Positions 46,161-53,917 of a stretch of 64,000 bases of DNA are shown one piece after another. Origin of the DNA: Candidatus Chisholmbacteria bacterium RIFCSPHIGHO2_01_FULL_52_32. GTDB lineage: Bacteria > Patescibacteriota > Microgenomatia > UBA1400 > Chisholmbacteraceae. The stretch's first letter is position 1; the number at the start of each line of letters is the position of its first letter. The stretch lies in NCBI GenBank assembly GCA_001816585.1, contig MHCJ01000003.1:426971-490970 (forward strand), in the 5' to 3' direction. The translations under genes were made by a program, and so were the position numbers. The notes under the pieces were generated by a model, which saw only the letters and a list, made by a program, of their open reading frames with translations, was not told where the DNA came from and ran no database searches.

Positions 46161-47791
46161 CGGAGCTCCCCAATCTCAAATGCCACTTCTCCATCGGGGA
46201 AGTAAACAAGTTCAAGGCGTTTTGCCTCTTTGGGCAATTCCGTCGGGGCTGCAACTATAAGCCATTTTTGGTTCTGGCTTGAACTTTTGTCCGGAATGCC
46301 TCCGAATCTATACCTGTCAAAACTTTCAACCGTCCAAAACCCATACCAATCTCGCTGGGCAACCCTGGTAGTCCAAAAGAGCCGAGGATCGAAACCTTGG
46401 TAGAAAAGCAGGTAGATATATGGCCGGCCATACTTGTTCGTGATAAAGACCTGATCGTAATCCCCCTGCATTTGGGAAACGCGGTTAATCATCTGTTTGT
46501 AGCCGTACTGCCAGGATCCCGCCCATTTGTCCGGATAGTGAACGAAATAGGTATGGAGATAGCTTGTGGCAAATAGAACATAGCTTATGGATAAAACGAT
46601 CAGATACAAACGCTTTTTTTTAACTATTTGGTAGAGTGCAATCGCCCCAACGGATGCAATAATTTGCGGTACCGGAAGGACATTGAGGGTGCGCAATGCG
46701 TGAGGTGTTTCGCGTGCTGTCGCCGCTGGGATAACGCCAACGAGCCACCAAAAAAATAAAATTATGGCAGCCGGATGTTTTTTTCTGATCAAGAAGTAGA
46801 TGCCGGCAAGAATAAGCGGCAGTTCAGTTGGATAAAATATCCCTTGGTCACGTGTCCCCAGTCTCGGATTGCCGTCTCCCGAAACGAACAGAAAATCCGC
46901 ACGAAAATGGTCTGCGTAATGCTTGGCAAACTCCAGGGAAAACTGAACCCTTCGATTATGCAGGATCCTTGACCACCATGCGTTGTTGTCCCTGGCTATC
47001 CGTTCATTTGCGGTCACCACCGGGTCAAGATTCTTAAAGATTGTTACCTCTTCAAAACGAAGCCTGCCTTCGCGGGAGAGGAGGAACGGTATCTGAGGAA
47101 CAACAAGTGCTATCCCCAGCACTATCGCCACTACTGTCCATCTCTTTTGTGCAAACAGCTGGCTTCGATAAATCGCTGCCAATCCGAGTACGAGGAGAGG
47201 CACGAATATCCGATGAGTATTGAAGGTGTACATGGAGAAAGCGAAAAGGATAAAACTCAAAACTAAAAACTTTCCATTTTTCATGCCTTTCATAAACAAA
47301 TACACCCCAGCGATGCTGAGGAATGTGGCGAGGTTTGCTTCAAATGCTGCTCTGGAAAATTGGATATGCCATGGCGAAATCGCAAGGAGCAGCGCCGCCA
47401 GGGCGGCGATTGCTATATTGTTAAATTGTTTTATTGTCTTATTGATCGTGAATAACTCTTTGACGAGGAAGTAGGTCACGAGGACCGTGAGGGTGCCGGC
47501 AAGGGCGGACGGAAAACGGACGGCAAATTCGTTTAGACCAAAGAGAGCAATCGAGGGAACCGTTGCGTAAATGTATCCGGGTGGTTTGTAGTCACCAAAA
47601 GCGATAAAACGAGCAATCGGAAGAAATTCTCCATGTTCATCACGACCGGTTGTAAGAATACTGTACGCGTTATATCCCAGGGACGCCTCGTCCCAGTACA
47701 ATGACGGGGGAGTTGTCCCGAGTCTGTAGAATCGAAGCACGACCGCGAGGATAATGATGGCGAGTAGTGTAATTATTTCTTTCTTCTTCAT
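46157..47791 (-). CDS. GT-C glycosyltransferase, ArnT/PMT-like (GT39-type), paralog F
   Basis: LYWDEASLGYNAYSIL. It shares a 107-nt near-identical segment with paralog A. Confidence 0.65.
   Translation of the reverse strand: MKKKEIITLLAIIILAVVLRFYRLGTTPPSLYWDEASLGYNAYSILTTGRDEHGEFLPIARFIAFGDYKPPGYIYATVPSIALFGLNEFAVRFPSALAGTLTVLVTYFLVKELFTINKTIKQFNNIAIAALAALLLAISPWHIQFSRAAFEANLATFLSIAGVYLFMKGMKNGKFLVLSFILFAFSMYTFNTHRIFVPLLVLGLAAIYRSQLFAQKRWTVVAIVLGIALVVPQIPFLLSREGRLRFEEVTIFKNLDPVVTANERIARDNNAWWSRILHNRRVQFSLEFAKHYADHFRADFLFVSGDGNPRLGTRDQGIFYPTELPLILAGIYFLIRKKHPAAIILFFWWLVGVIPAATARETPHALRTLNVLPVPQIIASVGAIALYQIVKKKRLYLIVLSISYVLFATSYLHTYFVHYPDKWAGSWQYGYKQMINRVSQMQGDYDQVFITNKYGRPYIYLLFYQGFDPRLFWTTRVAQRDWYGFWTVESFDRYRFGGIPDKSSSQNQKWLIVAAPTELPKEAKRLELVYFPDGEVAFEIGELR
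47373..47479. repeat. 107-nt segment about 98% identical to 41364..41470, copy 2
   Basis: Same alignment as copy 1. Confidence 0.8.
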
Positions 47792-47808
47792 GGTTGTCTA
47801 TTAATCTC

Positions 47809-48165
47809 CTACTTCAGCATCTTTTGGAGTTCGAACAGAAAGACCAGCGGGTAGAGCGCGATGATTAAGTAAAGTACGTTCCATGCTTTTCCTCCCCTTT
47901 TGGCGATGAAGTAGAGGACTGCAAGGAAAGCGATCGCGCCCAGAGGACTTAATACCTCACCTAAGAACTTCGGCGAAAGGTAGTGGAAGTAGCAGCGGGC
48001 GTAATTGAGGAAGAAAAACACCGGTTTGTTGTGCAAAACCCGTGTGAGCCATAAGGGAGTACCGCTTGGTCCATCCGTCGTAATTGCTTCCCAGATTTGG
48101 AGAGGGACATCGGTGGTAATTGCCACATGCGTGCAGAACAATCCTTCCATAGTTATATCTCCCAA
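47809..48165 (-). CDS. Small hypothetical membrane protein
   Basis: 118 aa with two or three hydrophobic helices, embedded in the paralog array. No recognisable motif. Confidence 0.3.
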   Translation of the reverse strand: MGDITMEGLFCTHVAITTDVPLQIWEAITTDGPSGTPLWLTRVLHNKPVFFFLNYARCYFHYLSPKFLGEVLSPLGAIAFLAVLYFIAKRGGKAWNVLYLIIALYPLVFLFELQKMLK

Positions 48166-49688
48166 ATGTTAAATACCGTATCGCCATTTACCATTTTTAT
48201 CTGTTCGTAACCGGTCTTTTCGTCCGGCTTCTGCCAGAATGGCGCGATAATTAGGGCTCGTTTCCCAGTTTTGGCAATCTCCCAAGCGTATTGGAAGTAC
48301 TTCACTTTCCCCATCTCTTTTGCGGGGTTCGAGAGTTTGTGATAATCCGAAGGCTCAACGGGAAGGTAAAACGCAACGTAAAGTGGTGGTAGTGCATCGC
48401 TCACAAATATTTCGTCGTATGCGTCCCATCGCTTTGCAATTATCTCCACCGTTTCTTTTATTCCGTCTTGCCAATCGAGGGCTGTCTCCCGCGGATAATG
48501 GATGTAGTACTGATGGATGTACAACAGGATGTTGTAACCAACTGCCAGAGCGAGTACACCCAGTACCAAAATTCTGGTTGCCTCCCGTTTTTGACGGTTG
48601 ATTACCTTCAGTACCCCTACGGCTCCGATTGCCGTTATGATCTCCCACGCCGGAAGCATGTTCAAAGTACGGATCGCATGGGGATTGATGTTTGAGAGGG
48701 AAACCGATACGGGAGCAAGGAGAAGCCAGGCAAATACCATGTTTCTTCCGTTCCCTTTTCCTTTGATCAGGGTCCGGAGGCCGAGAAGAACCAGCGGCAG
48801 TTCAAATACATAGAGCATTCCAAGCTTTCTTACACTGTGCCTTCCATTTTGATCACCTCTGAAAAAGAGAAATGTGGTATCGAAATTTGCGAGATAATTT
48901 TCAAACACTTTGGGGAAGAGCTTTTCTTTTCCGATGATGCTTTCGGAATACGCACGGATGACCGCTTCTCCCGAAATGATCGACGGGACAAAGGGAAGAC
49001 TTAAGATCACACCCGTTACGACAGCGGTGGCAAGATCCCTTTTTGCTTTCATTACATTCTTCCTGCAAATCCAGACCAAAGCCAGGAGTATAAGGGGTGC
49101 AAACAAGCGTGTGCTGATATACGTAGCTGCGGAGAGTAAGAACAAGATGACAGAAACGGTTAACCACATCCCATGTTTACGAAGTGATACAAGAAATGCG
49201 TACCACCCTGCAACAAGGAAGAACAAGGCGAGGTTCGCCTCAAAGCCTCCCCGAGAAAATTGGAGATGCCATGGCGAAATCGCAAGAAGCAGTGCAGCTA
49301 CTGCCGCAATGGCTGATGGCTGATGGCTGATGGCTGATGGCTTTTTTTCAAACAGTTCAACGACGAGGAAGTACATCAGAAGAACCGTGAGGGTGCCGGC
49401 AAGGGCGGAGGGGAAACGGACGGCAAAATCCGATCTGCCAAGGAGCTTTACACTGATGGCTGCTATGTAAATATAGCCCGGATATTTGTAGTCTCCAAAA
49501 GCCCGAAAACTTACCGGTAAACTTTTTCCATATTGGTCCTTTCCCGTTTGCGCAATGGAGTATGCGTTATACCCGATCGAAATCTCATCCCAGTAGAGCC
49601 CGGGTGGCATTACGGCAAGATTGTAAAACCTTAAGACTCCGGCCAGGATCGTGATTAAGCTTAAGAGGAGGATCGTTTTCGCTTTCAT
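48153..49688 (-). CDS. GT-C glycosyltransferase, ArnT/PMT-like (GT39-type), paralog G
   Basis: LYWDEISIGYNAYSIA. The loop insert KKPSAISHQPSAISHQPSAI is encoded by (GCTGATG)4. Confidence 0.65.
   Translation of the reverse strand: MKAKTILLLSLITILAGVLRFYNLAVMPPGLYWDEISIGYNAYSIAQTGKDQYGKSLPVSFRAFGDYKYPGYIYIAAISVKLLGRSDFAVRFPSALAGTLTVLLMYFLVVELFEKKPSAISHQPSAIAAVAALLLAISPWHLQFSRGGFEANLALFFLVAGWYAFLVSLRKHGMWLTVSVILFLLSAATYISTRLFAPLILLALVWICRKNVMKAKRDLATAVVTGVILSLPFVPSIISGEAVIRAYSESIIGKEKLFPKVFENYLANFDTTFLFFRGDQNGRHSVRKLGMLYVFELPLVLLGLRTLIKGKGNGRNMVFAWLLLAPVSVSLSNINPHAIRTLNMLPAWEIITAIGAVGVLKVINRQKREATRILVLGVLALAVGYNILLYIHQYYIHYPRETALDWQDGIKETVEIIAKRWDAYDEIFVSDALPPLYVAFYLPVEPSDYHKLSNPAKEMGKVKYFQYAWEIAKTGKRALIIAPFWQKPDEKTGYEQIKMVNGDTVFNIWEI
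49307..49343 (-). repeat. Intragenic heptanucleotide tandem repeat (GCTGATG)4 plus a degenerate flank, next to a T7/A7 tract
   Basis: Read directly: gcaatg gctgatg gctgatg gctgatg gctgatg gct ttttttt. It encodes SAISHQP repeats in paralog G. Confidence 0.85.
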
Positions 49689-51352
49689 CTTTTCATGATT
49701 GAAACTGTCGGTTCACCGTTTGGAAGTCTAATGACCTTCAGCGCTTCATCCCTTTGTGATTTGGGCGTCTGTGCATAGAGATCAACAAGCAGCACCGGAG
49801 TTTCCGATGGACCTTCGCTGTAATTGATAGGTTGAAATAGAAACTTCCCGAATTTATTTTTGGTTTCCAGAAATCCTCCGGAAACCGTACCTCCGTCGAT
49901 ATTTATGTACGTCCACGGATCGTATTTTGTGTAGAACGCGAAGAAGTTCTGCGGTTGTCGGAGGTTGGTGGAAACGATCACTTTCGAGTTTTCGTCTTTA
50001 TGAAGATCAGCGTACTCCGCCGCCTCTTTATATCCATACTGCCAACTTTCCGCAAACTCAAGCGGCCCATGGACATAGTACTGATGGAGATAGTGATATA
50101 CGCTTCCGGCAACGAGTACGGCCGAAAGCATGAAGGTGACTATGCGCAAACCCTTCCTCATTTTCTTAACTGCGGCAAGAGCGGTAAGGACGCCGACTGC
50201 CGAGAAAATTTGCAGTGTCGGCAACGCTACGGTCATCCTTACTGAGCTTGGGATATCCCACGTCAGTGCCGAGGCAACCGGCGACAAAAGAAACCAACCG
50301 AGGAGAATTCCGAATGGCCGGCGGTCCTTGAGATGTGCCATTTTGCAGAGTCCGAGAAGAATAAGCGGCAATTCACCAAGGTAGAGGAGACCGACGTTCG
50401 GCGCATGATTGTACGGCATCCCTTTCGTTCCTAAGAATAAAAGGTCTGGTTGAAAGTGCTTTAGATAGCCGTCGCTAACCGTCAGAAATCCGGCGAAGTA
50501 TCGGTTGTGCAGGAACTTCACCCCCAGCCAGTCTTGTCTTTGAGCATCAACTACTCTCCTTCCTGTTTCTTTCTCAACAAGTCCCGGGTGCTCGAAGACG
50601 CTGGTTCCCTTAAATCGCATGAGCCCTGCTTGGGAAAATAGAATTGGGGAAAGCGGAAGGCTGAGGATTAAGAAAGCGAATGCCGCAATGCAGGCATCTC
50701 GCCTTTTTAGCCAAATGGTTTTCCCGTAAATTCCGGCAAGGGCGACCAAAAAGAGCGGAATAAAAAGCCTCGAAGTTTGATAGGTGTACAAAGAGAGGCT
50801 GAAGCTTGCCGCCGTGCCTATCCACCAACGGCCGTTTCCTCGAATACCTTTGAGAAATGTCCAGACGCCTAAAACGGTTAGGAATACCGCGATGTTGGTT
50901 TCAAATGCAACACGGGAGACCTGAAGGTGCCATGGCGAAATTGCGAGGAGAAGTGCGGCGATTTCGCCAACTGAAAACTGAAAACTGAAAACTGACAACT
51001 TTAGCCTCGGGAAAAGTTCCCTCACAAGAAAATAGGTCAAGAGGACCGTGAGAGTGCCGGCAAGGGCGGAGGGAAAGCGGACGGCAAATGGATTGAGGCC
51101 GGAGGCTGCAATTGAGGGAACCGAGAGGTAAATATACAGGGGCGGTTTGTAATCGTCGTGGGAGCGAAAGACGAGCGGCAAGCGCTTCCCATACTCATCC
51201 ATTCCCGTTTTGAGAATTGAGTAGGCGTTATAGCCGATCGCGACTTCATCGAGGTTCAGGCTTGGAGGATTTTTTCCGAGTTGATAGAATCGCAGCACCG
51301 CGGCGAGCGTGACTATAGCTGCTAGGGTAAATCCTGTTCGCATTTCCCTCAC
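49685..51352 (-). CDS. GT-C glycosyltransferase, ArnT/PMT-like (GT39-type), paralog H
   Basis: LNLDEVAIGYNAYSIL. The loop insert LKLSVFSFQFSV is encoded by (AACTGAA)3-4. Confidence 0.65.
   Translation of the reverse strand: MREMRTGFTLAAIVTLAAVLRFYQLGKNPPSLNLDEVAIGYNAYSILKTGMDEYGKRLPLVFRSHDDYKPPLYIYLSVPSIAASGLNPFAVRFPSALAGTLTVLLTYFLVRELFPRLKLSVFSFQFSVGEIAALLLAISPWHLQVSRVAFETNIAVFLTVLGVWTFLKGIRGNGRWWIGTAASFSLSLYTYQTSRLFIPLFLVALAGIYGKTIWLKRRDACIAAFAFLILSLPLSPILFSQAGLMRFKGTSVFEHPGLVEKETGRRVVDAQRQDWLGVKFLHNRYFAGFLTVSDGYLKHFQPDLLFLGTKGMPYNHAPNVGLLYLGELPLILLGLCKMAHLKDRRPFGILLGWFLLSPVASALTWDIPSSVRMTVALPTLQIFSAVGVLTALAAVKKMRKGLRIVTFMLSAVLVAGSVYHYLHQYYVHGPLEFAESWQYGYKEAAEYADLHKDENSKVIVSTNLRQPQNFFAFYTKYDPWTYINIDGGTVSGGFLETKNKFGKFLFQPINYSEGPSETPVLLVDLYAQTPKSQRDEALKVIRLPNGEPTVSIMKR
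50969..50996 (-). repeat. Intragenic heptanucleotide tandem repeat (AACTGAA)3 plus a degenerate unit
   Basis: aactgaa aactgaa aactgaa aactgac. It encodes SVFSFQFSV in paralog H. Confidence 0.8.
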
Positions 51353-52977
51353 TCCTTTGTCAAGAACTGCATAGCGATCGTCTGATCGGGCCTTCTTACG
51401 ACGTTCACTACTTTTGCTCCTTTAACTTCACCGCACTCTCCTACGTTTCCGTAGAGTGTTTTTCCCTCCGCCACTGTACGTTCATTCAATGGACAAGGGT
51501 CTCTGACGAAACGAACTTTCTCTCCAAAATCCCAATCTCCTTGAACGTTTCTTTTGTCATTTACAAGCTTCTGCGCAAGAGAAGGATCAGTTTTTGTAAA
51601 GAACAGGAAGTACAAATATGGCTCTGTCCCTGATTTACTGATGAGAATTTTGTCATACTTGCTTTGGACCTGGTTTACGTAGGCTACGATCTCCGGGAAC
51701 TGGATATTTCTGTTCCATGGCTGATGCAAGGGCTGATGGATAGTGTACTGATGGCTGAATCGTCCAATCTCCCAGACGACCCCAACAACGAATAAAACTG
51801 TTACCAGCGTACGCAGTAGCTTGGCTCTTTTTTGCACTTTTCTGTAAACAAACACGAACCCCATCGCCGTAATGATCTGAAAACCGGGGAGCATGAAGAC
51901 CGATCGTTGAATGTTGGGCGCATCTTCGGTTGTTAACGCTGCCGGAAGACCTCCTGCGAGAAACCAAAATAGTGCGTAGGCACTTGAAAGCTTGAATCGT
52001 TTTACTGCGGCGAAGAGCCCGAGGAGGAAAAAAGGCGCTTCAAACCAATACTGCAAAGTTTGTTCCGGAACCACATAGCGAGTCGGGTAACCGCCTTGGA
52101 CGAACAGGAAATTGAGACTTACGTATTTGAAATACTCCCGAAAGAACTCGCGAGCGCTGTTCTCGACTTTATTGTGAAAGAGGCGCGTCACCACAATGGG
52201 GAGCCCCACGCCCCCATCTTCCAGGAATGATGTTTGGAGGCGTGCCACGGCTGACTGGGGTGTAATATTGCCAATCTGTCGGTAGCGAGCAAGTCCGGCT
52301 CCGCTTTGTATCGTCACCCATACCGGCAGGACGGTAAAGAGCGCCAGCATGAGCGACAACACCAACGCTTGGGATTTTCGGTGCTTTACTAAAAGGAAAA
52401 TGATCCAAAAGAGCGCGTGGATATAGATGAACGGTCGTACTCCAATGTAGGAAAAGTACGTTACGACCCAGGAAAGATAGGTTAGCAGCAGTAATGCTGT
52501 ACCCTTGGATTTTACCCAAGACACCAGCAAAAGCATTGATCCCAAAAAGAAAACGAGGCCGAGAGCTCCGTCTGTCGTCGACCGCGAGAGGATGATGTGC
52601 CACGGGGAAACGGCAAACAGAGCACTTGAGAGTAATGCCAGTTGTTCGTCGTCAAAAAGCTTTTTGACAAGAACATATGTGAGGAAGACGGCAAATACCC
52701 CAAGAAGCGCAACCGAAAACCGTACGGCAAACACATTGACACCGAAGAGCGCTATCCAAGGGGACGTAAGGTACATCGAAAGCATTGGGCGGGCTTCGTT
52801 GTAAAAACTGGTATGGAGTGGTAAGAAGTTCCCGTTTTCGTCGCGGAGAGTTTTTAAGATCGAGTAGGCGTTATAGCCCACCTGAACTTCATCCATATCG
52901 AAGCCTGCCGGGAAACGGTCAAGCCATAGAAGCCGCAAGATCGCTGCCAGAATTAAAATCAGATACAGTTTCTTCAT
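51349..52977 (-). CDS. GT-C glycosyltransferase, ArnT/PMT-like (GT39-type), paralog I
   Basis: FDMDEVQVGYNAYSIL; FAVSPWHIILSR. Confidence 0.6.
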   Translation of the reverse strand: MKKLYLILILAAILRLLWLDRFPAGFDMDEVQVGYNAYSILKTLRDENGNFLPLHTSFYNEARPMLSMYLTSPWIALFGVNVFAVRFSVALLGVFAVFLTYVLVKKLFDDEQLALLSSALFAVSPWHIILSRSTTDGALGLVFFLGSMLLLVSWVKSKGTALLLLTYLSWVVTYFSYIGVRPFIYIHALFWIIFLLVKHRKSQALVLSLMLALFTVLPVWVTIQSGAGLARYRQIGNITPQSAVARLQTSFLEDGGVGLPIVVTRLFHNKVENSAREFFREYFKYVSLNFLFVQGGYPTRYVVPEQTLQYWFEAPFFLLGLFAAVKRFKLSSAYALFWFLAGGLPAALTTEDAPNIQRSVFMLPGFQIITAMGFVFVYRKVQKRAKLLRTLVTVLFVVGVVWEIGRFSHQYTIHQPLHQPWNRNIQFPEIVAYVNQVQSKYDKILISKSGTEPYLYFLFFTKTDPSLAQKLVNDKRNVQGDWDFGEKVRFVRDPCPLNERTVAEGKTLYGNVGECGEVKGAKVVNVVRRPDQTIAMQFLTKE

Positions 52978-53020
52978 GTTTTTAATTCCATCCCGTACAA
53001 TCTTGGTTCTGCCTTCCCTT

Positions 53021-53917
53021 TTAACCGAATTTTCCCAGTACTTCCCGATCGGACACGATACATAGTCGTTTTTCTTTCCATCTTTTCCTTATAGCTTGGG
53101 GGAACTTTAGAAAGGCTTTAAGCGTCCCCGCCACGAATGCCTTGTCGCTTGTGCAAACTGCCCTGAGGAATAACCAGGGAAGCCACACGATGTGACTGAC
53201 GATCATGGCCGGATCATGGATATTCTTCCAGACAAAGAGAATCTGATTTTTCGCAGCTATCCTCCGAATCCGCTCCCTCCCAAACGCGCTGACGTTGGTG
53301 CTTTCCGGTTCATGATGAACAATAGATTGCGGTTCGAAATGAACTTCCCATCCCCTTTTCCAAGCGCGATACGAGAGGTCGATGTCCTCCCAGTAGGCAG
53401 GGTGAAATAGCGTGTCCATACCCCGAAGCTTGAGCCACATTTCTCGGCGAAACGCCGCGCTTCCGCCGAATGCCCAGAGGGTTGGTCCGGGCGTTCGGTT
53501 TTTGGCTTCGGCGTGGACGAGGAGGCCCTTTTCAAATCTTCCGATCGCTTTTCCCCGTGTTTTCTCTCCAACCATCTCTTGGCATCCGACCGCAAAGACC
53601 CCTGGATCGTTAAAGTGCGGTTCAAGCGCTGTGAGAAAATTCGGCTCGGGATAAACGTCCGTGTTCAGAAGAATTACAATCTCTCCTTTCGCGTGCTGAA
53701 CACCTCTGTTACAGGCTTTCGCAAACCGGAGATTTTTGGAGTTTACCAAAAGGCGAACCTCGGGATATTTTGCTTTCAGGAGTTCTACGCTCTCGTCTGT
53801 TGAGGCATCGTCGACCACAATGACTTCATTTTTCCCAGCCGCCTTTAAAACCTCAGGGAGGTTCTTCTTAAGAAGATGAGCCCCATTATAATTCGGAATA
53901 ACGATAGAGAATTTCAT
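53021..53917 (-). CDS. Glycosyltransferase family 2
   Basis: FSIVIPNYNGAHLL...VIVVDDASTDES...LNTDV. I chose the internal ATG (MKFSIVIPNY) at 53917; the track ORF extends to 54079 inside the upstream gene. Confidence 0.7.
   Translation of the reverse strand: MKFSIVIPNYNGAHLLKKNLPEVLKAAGKNEVIVVDDASTDESVELLKAKYPEVRLLVNSKNLRFAKACNRGVQHAKGEIVILLNTDVYPEPNFLTALEPHFNDPGVFAVGCQEMVGEKTRGKAIGRFEKGLLVHAEAKNRTPGPTLWAFGGSAAFRREMWLKLRGMDTLFHPAYWEDIDLSYRAWKRGWEVHFEPQSIVHHEPESTNVSAFGRERIRRIAAKNQILFVWKNIHDPAMIVSHIVWLPWLFLRAVCTSDKAFVAGTLKAFLKFPQAIRKRWKEKRLCIVSDREVLGKFG

Noticed and set aside
47809-48165. Assigning the 118-aa ORF inside the paralog array a function (for example GtrA-like flippase)
   Set aside because: It is hydrophobic but has no recognisable motif and its start is uncertain. 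It is kept only as a hypothetical membrane protein.
49307-50996. Possibility that the short tandem repeats are a CRISPR array
   Set aside because: The units are 7 nt with no spacers. CRISPR repeats are 24-48 nt and separated by unique spacers. No cas genes are present.
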